The notes: generated from the letters alone by a model not told the origin. Numbered from the stretch's first letter, positions 33,603 to 45,591 are shown. The stretch is DNA of 64,000 bases from an uncultured Verrucomicrobiae bacterium (GCA_963812605.1 CAWEWF010000014.1:704001-768000); one strand, 5' to 3'. Numbers and translations are program-made.

Positions 33603-34334
33603 TCACCGCTGGCACTGTGGGCAGAAATACGTGCTACGCTGCGCCTGTATCATTCGGCGGATCGCTTTCCCACAACGACGACACGGCTTTCCCGCCCGCT
33701 CGTACGCGGCAAATTGTTGCACCTCGAAAATGCGCGGGCCATACTTGATCGCCTTCCGCAACGATGTCACAATGGCCCGTTCCAGCGCACGCACTTCCCT
33801 CGGGCGCAGCCGATCGGCGCGGCGTCCTGGATGGACCCGTGCCCGCCAGAGCGACTCGCTTGCGTAAATATTACCGACACCCGCCACCATCCGTTGATCG
33901 AGCAGGGCGACTTTGACCGGACGGGAGGTCTGGCGCAATCGCGAAAGATCGCAGCCGTCCGCAATCGGATCAGGTCCCAGCGCGGCCAAAGCTTGTTGAA
34001 GTTTCGTAGATGTCATCACTTGCATCACCCCGAATCGTCGACCATCCTCAAAATACGCCGTCCCCTTCCCCGTTCGAATCGCCACGCGGTACCGCTTCGG
34101 TTCTGTGAACTCGAACCAACCCGTCATGCGCAGGTGCACGAGCAAATGCAGCCCGCCCGACAGGTCGAAGATAATGTTCTTGCCGCGGCGCCAGACACGC
34201 AAAATCCTCCGACCGACAACATCCTGCCGCAGCTTGATCTTGGGATCGCGAACGTCAACCGTCTGTATCCGCGCCCCCTCCAGACGCGGCCGCAGTTGAT
34301 TCACCAGGATTTGCACTTCAGGAAGTTCCGGCAT
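33603..34334 (-). CDS. mutM: Fpg/MutM DNA glycosylase
   Basis: MPELPEV, HLRMTG, AGVGNIYASESL, C-terminal CRRC...CPQCQ zinc finger. Confidence 0.93.
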   Translation of the reverse strand: MPELPEVQILVNQLRPRLEGARIQTVDVRDPKIKLRQDVVGRRILRVWRRGKNIIFDLSGGLHLLVHLRMTGWFEFTEPKRYRVAIRTGKGTAYFEDGRRFGVMQVMTSTKLQQALAALGPDPIADGCDLSRLRQTSRPVKVALLDQRMVAGVGNIYASESLWRARVHPGRRADRLRPREVRALERAIVTSLRKAIKYGPRIFEVQQFAAYERAGKPCRRCGKAIRRMIQAQRSTYFCPQCQR

Positions 34335-34403
34335 TGTCGGTTCGCTGTCTTCCACTTCATCACTGTGGCAAGCCTGCCCGCCGTAGCTGCGAGTGAAGGC
34401 GGG

Positions 34404-34490
34404 TGCCCGGGGAGGGATTCGAACCCACACGGTGATGTAACTCACCTTCGGATTTTAAGTCCGATGCGTCTGCCGTTCCGCCACCCGGGC
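34404..34490 (-). tRNA. tRNA-Leu(TAA), canonical long variable arm
   Basis: GCCCGGG acceptor, TCGGA-CTTAAAA-TCCGA, GGTTCGAATCC. Confidence 0.95.
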
Positions 34491-34726
34491 ATTTAGCTCG
34501 TGCTGATTTTGCGCCCTGCCAATTCTTGCACAGTGCGCACTTCCATGCCAGTCATAATCAGGCGCAAGAGCGGGGTTGGCATGGTACTGCACGACGTTCG
34601 GCTTCGGCAGCGGTGTTTCTGCAACCTGGGCGCAATGAGTCAAAAGGTCTTCCTTCGGCTATGCATTCTTGATAGATTGTTGTCTCGAAATCACTTTCAC
34701 CGTCAGAGCCAAAGGGCCGGTACCCA

Positions 34727-37700
34727 ATGCTTGAATGGTTAAAAGCACAGTTCGGCGGGCACGATTTTCAGAACCGGGCCGGCCTCACTTCGCCGCATCT
34801 CAATCTGCTGGTCGATGACCTCCGGCAACTGGACACCGTACGCGCCGGGTTATCAGGCCGGGCAACCCGATATGTCCTGGATCATGAAGGGGCGGAGGTG
34901 TTGCTGGAATTGGGAGGGCTTAAGGGCTGCGGTACGGCGCTGGATCTCTCCTGCTGCGCCCGTTTCGGTCTTTCAAAGAACAAGAACCAAAGTCGGCAAC
35001 AACTCCTGGGAACCACCGAGTATTCCGACGCGCACTTCTATCTCCGCCTCGCCAAGGTCTATGAAGCCGCTGCTCGCCGCGAACAAAACCATTTCCTGTT
35101 CCCAACGCTGTCTGGTGGCGCCGAGTGGATGGAGATTCTGCTGCGCGAAGCGACGATGCCCAAACCCAACACGTGGCCCCGAAAACATTTGCCACCGGCC
35201 CTTCCAATCGATGTCTTCGAAGCCATGTTGGTGGCCGACGACCGGCCGGCAGATTTGCTCATGCGGGCCGCGTTTTTGCCTGACTTGAAGCATAATTACT
35301 CACTGCATCTGTCAGGTTTGTTCACCTGCCTTAAGGGTTTCGCGGAGAATGTACTGAAACACCCGCAAGTGGTCATCGAGACGATGAACCAAAAGGATTT
35401 CAATCTTCGTGTTCATGCTCTGCACCTGCTCAGCAAGTACCAGGTCCCGTCAGAAATCTTTGCCGGACAAATCGTGGAACTGGCGGTCAGTCAATCCAAG
35501 CAGGTCCGTGAAGCCGCGGAAGTGGTCTTGAACCGGATACCGGAAACTGCGGTGCCGTTGATTGAAAAAATGACCATTGAAGGGACCAACGAACAGCGCG
35601 CTTTGGCCGTGCGTCGGCTGTGGGCGACGCAGGGTGAAACCTGCCGGAGCTTTCTCGAATCGAGAATAGAGCGGGACTCGTCGAAAAAGGTCGCTCAGAT
35701 AATTCGAGATCTGCTGACTGTGCCAGCAACAACGGCCGTCACGGCACAAGAGCCTGCCATTGAACTACCACCGCTGCCACCGGTAAAGGTCCGCGCGCCG
35801 CTTGGGGACGAGGCGCGCGCCGTGTTAATCAACTGCTACGAAGAGGCAAATCACGAAGCGAAACAAGCCCACGCGCGACACGTGGCTACCAGCAAAGGAC
35901 AACATAAGGCCGCTCCGCCCTGGCTGGTGACCCGGTCCAATCTCGATCAGGGATTCGAACTGCTGGAGTGCATGACTTGTTCCAAAATCCAGATTCAGCC
36001 GATTCTCCGACTGCCTGCGTGGTCCTCGGGGTTGAAAGGGATCAAGACCTTCCTGGCCCGGCCCGAGGTCGAGTTGATTCATTGCACGCGGTTGTTGATT
36101 CTGATGGGGATCATTCATCCTTGGGATGAGAATCAGCGGCGCATACTAAGTTGGAATTACGATCAACTACTGAACCATTACCGGCGCCATCATCGACCGC
36201 CGTTTGGCATGCGTGAGTTGGCAGCTGTATTCAAGGCGATCGGCTTAGACGACACGGTGATTGGCTGGGCGAAAGTGGATGCGTCTTACCGGCCCGTAAT
36301 GCAGTGGGAAACCGATGCGATCTGGCCGTACTTCGCCGAACGGGTGAACCTTCTTCAGGAGGCGTTCCAAAATGTGTCCACAGGCGAGCGGTTCGAAGAT
36401 TACCTGCGCCGTGACCGGCGAATCAACGCGTTCGAGATTCTTGCCATGTTTCCCCAACTGCCACCGGTATTCCTGCCCATGCTCTGGGAGGTGGCGCTCG
36501 GTTCGTCAAAGACAGAGCGTCCGCTTGCCCAGCAATGTCTCGACAAGCTGCCGGGCAAGGAAGAGAAGATCGTCAACGCGCTCGCCAGCGGCCAGCAGGA
36601 GACGCGCGCCGTTGCCGCCGAATGGCTGGGCCGACTGAAGACACCAGAGGCGATTCCCCATCTACAAGCGGCCTTGAAGAAGGAGAAAAGTGAAGTTGCC
36701 AAGGGCGCGATGATGGGCGCCCTGGAGGCCATGGGCGTTCCCATTGAACAGTTTCTTGACCGCGCGAGCCTCGTGAAAGAAGCCCAAAAGGGCCTGGCGA
36801 AAGGTGTGCCGCCAGGATTGAGCTGGGTTCCATTTCAACTTCTGCCGGCGGCCCATTGGGAGGACACAGGCGCACCCGTGCCAGCCGAGGTACTTACGTG
36901 GTTCATTGTGCAGGGCTACAAACTCAAAAGCGCCGAACCAAATCCGTTGCTGCGCCGGTATTGTTCGTACTTTCGAAAGCATGAACGCGAGGCGCTGGGA
37001 CAATTCATTCTTCAAAGTTGGATCGCGCAGGACACGTTACCCGCCCACACTCACGAAGAAGCCGCGCAACTGGCCGAACAACAGGCAAACCGATCCCTCT
37101 CGTTCTGGACGCAATACGCCCAGCGGCACGCGAAATTGAATCCCACCCAACCAGTCGCGCAGGCACCGACCAAGGATGATCTGTACCGTCAGTTTCTCAA
37201 CGGATTGTTGTCCAAATGCAAAGCTTCGGCGATTGACCAAAAGGGCGTTTTGGCGCTGGCCGGCGCGTGCTGCGGCGCGCCCGCTGTCCCCGTCGTCAAA
37301 CGGTACCTAAAGGAGTGGTATGGTATCCGCGGCGCGCAATGCAAGGCGTTGATCCAAATGCTCGCGTGGGTCGAGCATCCTGCTGCGATTCAACTGCTGC
37401 TATCGGTGGGAAACCGGTTCCGAACGAAGGGGATTCGGGAAGAGGCTGAAAAGTATGTCCAGTTATTGGCTGAGCGCAAGGGCTGGACGCGCGATGAACT
37501 GGCCGACCGCACTATCCCGACCGCCGGATTCGACGAGGAAGGAAAACTCGAAATCGACTATGGCGCCCGGAAATTCTTCGCGACACTCGGACCTGAGTTC
37601 GAGTTGGTCCTCACCAACGAGGAGGGCAAGGCCATTACTTCCCTGCCGGAACCGCGCCAGGACGAGGACGTAGCGAAAGTCAAGGAGGCCAAACAGAAAC

Positions 37701-38479
37701 TGTCGGCCGCCAGGAAGGAATTAAAGTCCGTACTCCAGTTGCAAAAGGAGCGCTTGTACGAAGCCATGTGCACGCAACGGAGTTGGCCGTTCCACGAGTG
37801 GGAGACCTATCTCAACCGCCATTCCATTGCCGGCCGGTATTGCCAGGGTCTCGTGTGGACCGCGTTCCGTAATGACCAGGCGGCATCGACATTTCGGCCG
37901 CTGGCCGACGGCAGCCTGACCGATTGCGAGGATAATGCGGTCAGCGTCGAGCCAAATGCGGTCATCCGGTTGGCGCATGACTGCAATACAACGGAAGCCT
38001 TGCGACGCGGTTGGCGGCAGCATTTCTCCGACTACAATGTTGCCCCACTTTTCGAACAGTTTGACAAGCAGGGTTACACGCTATCGGAGGAAAACAAGGG
38101 GGAAACAACCATCACCGGCTTCGAGGGCCATCTTGTGGAGGCTTTCAAACTCCGCGGTCGCGCTACCAAACTCGGTTACACGCGCGGTCAAGCCCAGGAT
38201 GGCGGGTGGTTTTTCGAGTACAAAAAGAACTTTCCCAGCCTTGGCTTGGAAGCGATCGTTGAATTCACCGGTAACGGCCTGCCCGAGGAGAACCGTACCG
38301 TGGCACTGCGCAACCTGCGATTTGAGCGGCGCGCCACCGGTGAGTCCACCGAATCCGAAGGTGTTCCGCTAGGTGAGATTCCGCCGGTATTGCTGAGCGA
38401 ATGTTGGAACGATCTGCGCCTGGCTGCCGCTGAAGGGACTGGATTCGACCCCGATTGGGAAAAGAAAACCGCTTACTGA
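34727..38479 (+). CDS. DUF4132 / HEAT-repeat protein (YehI/MolR-like)
   Basis: 1250 aa; ELADRTIPTAGFD, LQKERLYEAMC, LVW, FRPLADG, GTGFDPDWEKK. Confidence 0.85.
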   Translation: MLEWLKAQFGGHDFQNRAGLTSPHLNLLVDDLRQLDTVRAGLSGRATRYVLDHEGAEVLLELGGLKGCGTALDLSCCARFGLSKNKNQSRQQLLGTTEYSDAHFYLRLAKVYEAAARREQNHFLFPTLSGGAEWMEILLREATMPKPNTWPRKHLPPALPIDVFEAMLVADDRPADLLMRAAFLPDLKHNYSLHLSGLFTCLKGFAENVLKHPQVVIETMNQKDFNLRVHALHLLSKYQVPSEIFAGQIVELAVSQSKQVREAAEVVLNRIPETAVPLIEKMTIEGTNEQRALAVRRLWATQGETCRSFLESRIERDSSKKVAQIIRDLLTVPATTAVTAQEPAIELPPLPPVKVRAPLGDEARAVLINCYEEANHEAKQAHARHVATSKGQHKAAPPWLVTRSNLDQGFELLECMTCSKIQIQPILRLPAWSSGLKGIKTFLARPEVELIHCTRLLILMGIIHPWDENQRRILSWNYDQLLNHYRRHHRPPFGMRELAAVFKAIGLDDTVIGWAKVDASYRPVMQWETDAIWPYFAERVNLLQEAFQNVSTGERFEDYLRRDRRINAFEILAMFPQLPPVFLPMLWEVALGSSKTERPLAQQCLDKLPGKEEKIVNALASGQQETRAVAAEWLGRLKTPEAIPHLQAALKKEKSEVAKGAMMGALEAMGVPIEQFLDRASLVKEAQKGLAKGVPPGLSWVPFQLLPAAHWEDTGAPVPAEVLTWFIVQGYKLKSAEPNPLLRRYCSYFRKHEREALGQFILQSWIAQDTLPAHTHEEAAQLAEQQANRSLSFWTQYAQRHAKLNPTQPVAQAPTKDDLYRQFLNGLLSKCKASAIDQKGVLALAGACCGAPAVPVVKRYLKEWYGIRGAQCKALIQMLAWVEHPAAIQLLLSVGNRFRTKGIREEAEKYVQLLAERKGWTRDELADRTIPTAGFDEEGKLEIDYGARKFFATLGPEFELVLTNEEGKAITSLPEPRQDEDVAKVKEAKQKLSAARKELKSVLQLQKERLYEAMCTQRSWPFHEWETYLNRHSIAGRYCQGLVWTAFRNDQAASTFRPLADGSLTDCEDNAVSVEPNAVIRLAHDCNTTEALRRGWRQHFSDYNVAPLFEQFDKQGYTLSEENKGETTITGFEGHLVEAFKLRGRATKLGYTRGQAQDGGWFFEYKKNFPSLGLEAIVEFTGNGLPEENRTVALRNLRFERRATGESTESEGVPLGEIPPVLLSECWNDLRLAAAEGTGFDPDWEKKTAY

Positions 38480-38487
38480 CTCGATCT

Positions 38488-39588
38488 ATGACATCCGCTA
38501 CCACGCCAAACATCGTACGCCAACCAGCCGAAGTTCAATTCGCTGCGGAACTTGCGGCGCTGGCCACGCAAGATGCCGGGCCGAAACCGCCGGGTTGGAA
38601 GCTGTCGCCGCAATCGGTGCGCAAGTTTATTCTCGGTTCCGGCACGGACATCCGAAGAAAATTCTACGGCGATGACGCGTTGATCGATCGCTGCATCGTC
38701 ACGCTGATCGGCAATCGCGGTCTCATGCTGGTCGGCGAACCCGGAACGGCCAAGTCGATGCTCTCCGAATTGCTTGCGGCTGCCATATCGGGCGACTCCA
38801 CCAACACGATTCAGGGTACGGCTGGTACGACGGAGGACCAGATCAAGTATTCGTGGAACTATGCCCTGCTGCTCGCGGAAGGCCCCAGCGAGCGCGCCCT
38901 GGTGCCGTCGCCACTTTACATCGGCATGAAACAGGGCGCTGTAGTGCGGTTTGAGGAGATTACCCGGTGCCAGCCGGAGATTCAGGATTCGATGGTTAGC
39001 ATCCTGTCGGACAAAATCATGCACATCGCGGAGCTTGGCAATGACCATTCGGTGATGTTCGCCGCGAAAGGCTTCAACGTCCTTGCCACCGCCAACATTC
39101 GTGACCGCGGCGTGCACGAGATGTCCAGCGCTCTGAAACGGCGTTTTAACTTCGAGACCGTCAACCCGATTGCGGACAAGTCGCTGGAATTGCAGTTGGT
39201 GAAGGAACAAGCCGAGATGTTGCTGACAGAAGCCCAGGTCAGCGTCGAATGCTCGCTCGACGTGATTGATCTGTTGGTGACGACGTTCCACGATCTTCGC
39301 CAGGGACAAACGGAGGAAGGCACGGTTGTGGACCGTCCTTCCACTGTCATGTCCACGGCGGAAGCCGTCGCCGTGGGTTTTTCCGCGGGCCTGGACGCGT
39401 ACTATTTTGGTAACGGCAAGCTCCAGAGCGAACACATTGCTCGTCAACTCGTCGGGACGGTTCTCAAGGACAACCCCGAGGACGCCAAGAAGTTGAAGCA
39501 CTACTTCGACGTGGTGGTCAAGGCGCGCTCGAAAAAGAACAAGGCCTGGAGCGCGTACTTCGAGGCTCGCAAGTGGTTGACCGGCTGA
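38488..39588 (+). CDS. yehL: MoxR-type AAA+ ATPase (YehL-like)
   Basis: GEPGTAKSMLSE, YSWNYALL, FEEITRC, EMSSALKRRFNFE. Confidence 0.9.
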   Translation: MTSATTPNIVRQPAEVQFAAELAALATQDAGPKPPGWKLSPQSVRKFILGSGTDIRRKFYGDDALIDRCIVTLIGNRGLMLVGEPGTAKSMLSELLAAAISGDSTNTIQGTAGTTEDQIKYSWNYALLLAEGPSERALVPSPLYIGMKQGAVVRFEEITRCQPEIQDSMVSILSDKIMHIAELGNDHSVMFAAKGFNVLATANIRDRGVHEMSSALKRRFNFETVNPIADKSLELQLVKEQAEMLLTEAQVSVECSLDVIDLLVTTFHDLRQGQTEEGTVVDRPSTVMSTAEAVAVGFSAGLDAYYFGNGKLQSEHIARQLVGTVLKDNPEDAKKLKHYFDVVVKARSKKNKAWSAYFEARKWLTG

Positions 39589-39593
39589 ACCGC

Positions 39594-42051
39594 ATGTCCT
39601 ACGCACCGGAACTCGAACGCCTCCTTGGTCAGCTCATTAGCGGCGATATCCTGTTCTTTCCGATCCGGCACCATAGTCCGGCCTGTGCCTGGCATCTGCA
39701 GCGGCTAATCGAGCAGTACCGGCGAACGTCGATCCTGGTGGAAGGCCCGGCCAACTTTACTCCGCTTATCCCGTTGATCTTACATCCGCGTACCCGCACT
39801 CCGTTTGCGGTCTACACTACTTACGTGGACACAACCCGTCGCGTCAACAAAAGCCTGGCTAAGGAGCGTGGTGATTTCGGTCCGGCGCGCTTTGCGGCCT
39901 ACTACCCCTTCTGTAACTATTCGCCGGAGTTGGTCGCCTTGCGCTCGGGAATAGCGGCGGGCGCGCGTCTGCAGTTCATCGATCTGGATTATCCTCGCCA
40001 GGTTCTCTCCGAGAAGCCAGCGGATGACCTTCCCGCAGCGCCCCGGGTCGATTCGTTGCTGGAGGAGCGCCATCTCAAACGCAGCGCGTATTTGAAACAA
40101 TTGGCCAAGCGGACCGGCTGTCGGGACCAGGACGAGTTGTGGGACCACTTGTTCGAGGTGAACTATGCCGAGGTTTCGACCGAGACTTTTGTAAAGAACG
40201 TCGCCGCCTACTGCTACATGGCGCGCCACGACTACCTGCCGGACGAACTGGCTGCCGATGGAACACGGGCGCGCGAACAATCAATGGCCAAAGCCATCCG
40301 GGAGGAACGGGCGGCGGGCCGCAGCGGAAACATCCTCGTTGTGACCGGTGGGTTTCACACCGTGGTGCTGCCTGATATGCTTCACAGTGAAACTGACGAG
40401 CAGAAGTTGCCGATACCCGACGGCGAGAGCATTTCGCCGGTACTGATCCGCTACAGCTTTGACCAACTCGATTCGCTGAACGGTTACGCCGCCGGCATGC
40501 CATCCCCGCACTATTACGATCAGTTCTGGGATCGGGCGATCGAAGGCCAGCCGCGCCCGTTCCTGGAAACCGCCGCGAACCTGCTTGTCGAGATCGGCCG
40601 GCTGACACGGGAGAAGTCATTGCCGAACGCGCTGTCCACCGCTGATGAAATCGCAGCCCTGGAGCAGGCGCGGCGCCTGGCGCTCTTGCGCGGTCACGTG
40701 GGCCCGACCCGCGAAGATCTGTTGGATGGCGTGCGCAGTTGTTTCGTCAAGGGTTCGATGGATGCCGAAGGCGCGGTCTTGATGGGGATCGCGCGGCACG
40801 TTCTCTCCGGCACGGCCATCGGCGATATTCCTCCCGAAGCCGGTGCGCCACCGTTGGTGGAGAACTTCCGCGCGGTGGCCATCGAACTGCGTCTCAACAT
40901 TACCGAGTCCGTGCGCCGCAAGCTCTCGCTGGACATCTACCGGAGCGTCGCACACCGGACAATCAGCCGCTTCTTCCATAGTTTGAGTTTTCTTCAAGCG
41001 CCCTTTGCGGCCCTGGTCGCCGGGCCGAACTTCGTGCAGGGCACGGGACTGCAGCGCCTCCAGGAACACTGGGATTACTTCTGGAGTCCACGCACGGAGA
41101 GTGCCCTGGTCGAAGCCTCGGTGTATGGTTCGACGGTTGAAGAGGCTGCCGCCAACCGACTGCGACAGGACGTCATCAATTTGGAGCAACAGGGCCGCGG
41201 CCGTAGCGCCCTGGAAGCGGTCAGGATGCTGGTCATGGCGTGCCGGATGGGGCTGCATCGGCATACGAAGCAGTTGCTCGATCTCATCGCCGGCAATGTC
41301 GTGGAGGATTCCTCTTTCGTGTCCGTCGTGCAGGCAATGAACCAGCTTTTGTTGCTGTGGCAGTCGCGCGAGCCGTTGGAAGCGCATCATCTGCCGGAGA
41401 TTCCATCCCTGTTGCGCATCGCCTACGAACGCGCGTGTTATCTCGTGCGCGGCCTTGCCAGTTCTCCGCAGGAAGAAATCTACAGCGTCCTCCAAGCCTT
41501 CAACACCATTCGCGAAGCGCTGGCCGCCGTGAAAGACGATCTTCTGGACGCGGACCTCTTCTGGCAGGAAGTGGCCGCGCTGCCCGCTATCCGCCCGGCC
41601 AATTCGGCGGTAGTGGGTGGCGCCGCCGGGCTCGTTATACGGCGACAACCGCCTTAGCGAGAAGATGTTGCTCGAAATGATGCTCGGTCATTTGGATGCA
41701 GCAACCTCCGACAACCGATCAAAGGTCGGATTCGTCATCGGGCTGCTGCGAACGTGCCGGGAGGTGGCCTGGCAACAACACGCGTTGCTCGAAGCCATCG
41801 ACCAACTTCTTGCCTCGTGGGACGAGCACGAGTTCATTCGTCTTTTGCCGGAGCTGCGGATTGCGTTCGCCGGCCTCACACCGCGTGAGACCGACCGCGT
41901 GGCCGGTGCCGTTGCCGGGCTACACGGGCAAAAGGATCTCGGTGAGTTGATTCATTACGACATCAACCAGGCCGCTTTGTCCTTTCATCTGAACGTCACG
42001 CAGGAAGTGCTGCGCAGTCTGGAGCACGATCAATTGGCTGACTGGGCATGA
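39594..42051 (+). CDS. yehM: DUF5682 protein (YehM-like), frameshift near 41640
   Basis: PIRHHSPACA, YSPELVAL, VVTGGFH, GYAAGMPSP; second frame LLPELRIAFAGLTPRET. Confidence 0.82.
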
Positions 42052-43178
42052 GTGTGATCTCCTCCAATCCGTTGAGCCGGTGGCGGCTGGTGCTGGGCAA
42101 GTATGCCGCCGATCGCCTGCCGTCCGGGCTCTCGGAGACGGAACAACGCATCGAGACCGCTCTCGATTATCTGTACTCACGCGAGTATCGGGGCCGCGGG
42201 ATGCGCGAAAAGGAAAAGGAGCCGGGCTCACTGGATGCCTCCCAGTTGAATATCCCCGCCTGGCTCGCCGAAGTACGGGAACTTTTTCCGAAAGAGACCG
42301 TGGAAGTCATCGAGAAACACGCGCTCGACCGTTATGGCATGACGGAATTGGTCACCGACCGGGAGGTCCTGAAAAAGCTCCAGCCAAATCTCGATTTACT
42401 CAAGGCCATCCTCACGTTCCGCGGGCATATGAAAGAAGACGTACTCGCCGAAGCGCGGCGGCTGGTGCGGCACGTTGTCGAGGAGATCAAACTGAAAATG
42501 GAACCGGAAGTTCGACGGGCTTTGGCCGGCAAGCTCAATCGATTTCGGCATTCCAATCTCAAGGTTGCGCAGAATTTCGACTGGCGCGGCTCGCTGCGAA
42601 AGAACCTCAAGAATTATGACCCGATCCGGCAGAAGATCATAGTGCAGGACGTGCAATTCTTCTCGCGCAACGAACGCCGGCTGCCCTGGCACATTATCCT
42701 GTGCATCGATCAGAGCGGCAGCATGGCCAGTTCGGTCATCCACAGCGCCGTGATGGCGGGTATTCTGACGAGTCTGCCCATGCTACGGGTGAAACTGGTC
42801 GTGTTCGACACTTCGATCGTCGATCTCAGCGAGCATGTGGACGATTCGGTGGAAGTTCTGATGAACGTACAACTCGGTGGCGGCACGGACATCGGGCAGG
42901 CGCTGACCTATTGCGAAGGTTTGGTCGAGAACCCCAAACGCACGGTCGTGGTGTTGGTCAGCGACTTCGCCGAAGGCGCATCGCCGGCGCGGCTGCTGGA
43001 TACATGCCGACGCTTGCGCGAGGCCGGCGTCATCCTGTTGGGACTGGCTGCGCTCGACGAACAAGCCAACGCGTCCTACGACGTGAAGATGGCCGAACGG
43101 CTGGCTGAAATCGGCATGGAAATCGCCGCACTGACCCCGAAACGATTGGCCCAATGGCTGGCGAAAGTCATATCCTAG
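42048..43178 (+). CDS. yehP: vWA (CoxE-like) protein (YehP-like)
   Basis: RWRLVLG, MIDAS DQSGSM, QLGGGTDI, SDF.EG. Confidence 0.9.
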   Translation: MSVISSNPLSRWRLVLGKYAADRLPSGLSETEQRIETALDYLYSREYRGRGMREKEKEPGSLDASQLNIPAWLAEVRELFPKETVEVIEKHALDRYGMTELVTDREVLKKLQPNLDLLKAILTFRGHMKEDVLAEARRLVRHVVEEIKLKMEPEVRRALAGKLNRFRHSNLKVAQNFDWRGSLRKNLKNYDPIRQKIIVQDVQFFSRNERRLPWHIILCIDQSGSMASSVIHSAVMAGILTSLPMLRVKLVVFDTSIVDLSEHVDDSVEVLMNVQLGGGTDIGQALTYCEGLVENPKRTVVVLVSDFAEGASPARLLDTCRRLREAGVILLGLAALDEQANASYDVKMAERLAEIGMEIAALTPKRLAQWLAKVIS

Positions 43179-45257
43179 GCAAACTGCAAACGCTGCTGGT
43201 GTCGTTCGATGACAGAGCGTTTGAAGCGTTGGCGAGCCGTGGGCTGTTGCGACGCGCGCAGAAGGATTTGGAGGGCGGCGTTCCTGTCGAGATTACCGGC
43301 GATGTGCCCGCTGGTCTTGCGGTCAAGGTTGCCAATTTCACTGTTACACTTCCCGAAGCTGGTCCCGCGAAAGCCAAATGCACGTGTCGTTCCCCGGGCA
43401 TCTGTCAGCATATTCTGATGGCCTGCCTGTTTCTCCAACGCACCGCTGCACTCCCCAAGCAAGCTGACCTCCTGACAGTGGAAGCGACTACTACCGGACG
43501 CGGGCGCGATGAACTGTTGGCATTCACCGCCGAGCAACTCGGGCAATGGGCTAGCAAGCCGGCATTGCGGGCGGCGTTCGCATTGCTCGCGGCGCAACCA
43601 CCAATCCAGATGGAAACCAAAGGCGCGATCATTGTCCGTTTCCCTGATCACGGTGCGGAGTGCCGCTATGTTGCCGGTGGCGGATTGGATGGAATGGTTG
43701 TGACCGCACCGCAGGGTGCTTCCATGAAGTTTGCCGTGGCAGCGGTGTTGGCGTTTCAGCAGTCCCAGGGCCTCAAGCTACCCGAAGCCGCAACGGCGGC
43801 ACCTGCCCTGGCGGAAACCCGGGGCGCACCACGCACGCGAGATGAAGTCCTCGGTACCAGCCGTCAACTCCTTGAAGAGTCTGTGTGCGTCGGTCTTTCC
43901 CACCTCTCGATCTCATTTGAGCAGCGGTTTGCCACGCTGGCGGTTTCCGCGTTGGGAGTCAATCTTCCTCGATTGTCACTGGCGCTGCGCGGAATTGGCG
44001 ACGAGATTTCGCTGATCGTCAAGCGCGACGCGCAGGCTGATGAAGCGCGCCTGCTGCAATCAGTGTCACGCGCCCACGCACTTTGTCATGCTTTGCGTAC
44101 AACCATTCCCCCGCCACGAGCCGACTTGATCGGGTGGCATCGCACCCAATATGAGGAGGTCGGCCATTTGGAACTACACGGTGTCGCCGCCTACCCGTGG
44201 CGGACAAGTTCTGGTTACGAAGGATTAACGGTTCTATTTTGGGAGAACACAGCCTGCCCGGTGGTACTCGTGGTCGGAAGCCCGACCACGCCACCAAGCC
44301 GGCAGTTTCAATCCCCGCGACCGCTACAAACAAGAAAGTCCATGGCAGGGCGCGACCAGTCCTGACCAGCTTTCGCGCTCGAGCTTCAAGCTCATGCATG
44401 CGCGACGGAATCCCCTGGGCCGATTGTCTGCTTCTGCGAAGAGCCGAGCGTTGATCGTTGGCCCGACATCGCCCGTGACGCTCAACTTTGGCAATAAAAT
44501 CTTCTCGCACTGGAGTTCTCTCCAGCAGTACGCGTGCGAACTCTCGCCTATCGGTCTCGGGGAGTTCAATCCACTCGAGGAGATTGTGGTCTTGCAACCG
44601 GCAAACTGGGGCCGGCGACATTTCGATCAGGTTTCACAGACTTTCACCTGGGCCATCCTCGACGAAGACGGTGACGCGCTGACCCTGGAAGTGCGGTTTA
44701 ACGACCTGAACGACATCACCATCAAGTTTCTTGAGAATCTCAATCCCCGCACTCCGCGCGTGAGCGCGTTAATCGCCAAAATCTCGCGTACCGGCCTGAC
44801 AATCGCTGCGCAACCGATTTCGTTGGTCATGCCGGATGCGACGGGCACGGCGATTCTGAATCTTGGATTCGATGCCGCGCCCCGCCAGACGGTCCTGGCA
44901 AAGATAAAAGACCTGGTAAACACCATGGCTGACGAAGAGCCTCTGCTGGCTGATGAAGAGGGCGAGGCAGAGGAGTTCGTTCTTCTGGGTTCCAGCTTCG
45001 ATCAGCTCGTCACCAATCTGGAATCATTGCTTCAGAAGATCGCGGAACGCGGCTGCCGAACTCTTACTACGGTAGCCAGCCATGAACTGAGCGCGACCGC
45101 CGCAAACATGGAAGCCGCAGGGTTCAACATTCTTTCAAAAGCCATCCATCACTTGATCGGCAACACAAAGTGGCCAGCGCCGGATCTGCTCCAACTTCGC
45201 TACCTCTGCCTCGTTCATCGTCAGGCCGGTCAGCGAGTTGCTGCGCGCAGGACATGA
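43154..45257 (+). CDS. SWIM zinc-finger protein (YehQ-like), frameshifts near 44250-44390
   Basis: CTCRSPGICQH motif, LASRGLLRRAQK, W.T.SGY.G; continues in ORF 44394-45257. Confidence 0.78.
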
Positions 45258-45373
45258 TTTGTCCATCGCATCTGACTGACAAACCAGATGCGGGTACAAG
45301 AAAAAAACTTTCTTGAATGTGTTGAGAAGGTAGAGGTTACACCGGTCTTTTCAATGTCGTGAACAAAAAGTTG

Positions 45374-45402
45374 TTGACGAATGACCCTTGGGAAGTTAGC
45401 TT
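45374..45402 (+). promoter_or_regulatory. Sigma70-type promoter of the leader/tRNA array
   Basis: TTGACG-N17-TAGCTT with an A-rich tract upstream. Confidence 0.65.
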
Positions 45403-45424
45403 ACGCAAGTTTTTGAGGACAGAC

Positions 45425-45568
45425 ATGCGAACGCTAAGACCACAACGTAAATGCGCGACAGCGAGGATGCTTATATCCTCGTTGACCCGTAGTGGTCTGT
45501 TCCCGTCCTTTGTGTCATTAGGCCATTACGTCGCCAAAGATAACACGGGAGGGCCGGGAAGCAGGTAG
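45425..45568 (+). CDS. Putative attenuator leader peptide (47 aa)
   Basis: GAGGA RBS; MRTLRPQRKCATARMLISSLTRSGLFPSFVSLGHYVAKDNTGGPGSR*; last codons complementary to the terminator 5' arm. Confidence 0.65.
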   Translation: MRTLRPQRKCATARMLISSLTRSGLFPSFVSLGHYVAKDNTGGPGSR

Positions 45569-45591
45569 TTGTCACGTCCAGATGTTCCGTG

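Noticed and set aside
34404-34727. tRNA-Leu as the integration site for the 34.7-53.3 kb block
   Set aside because: The block lies on the 5' side of the tRNA; no integrase or duplicated tRNA 3' end was seen
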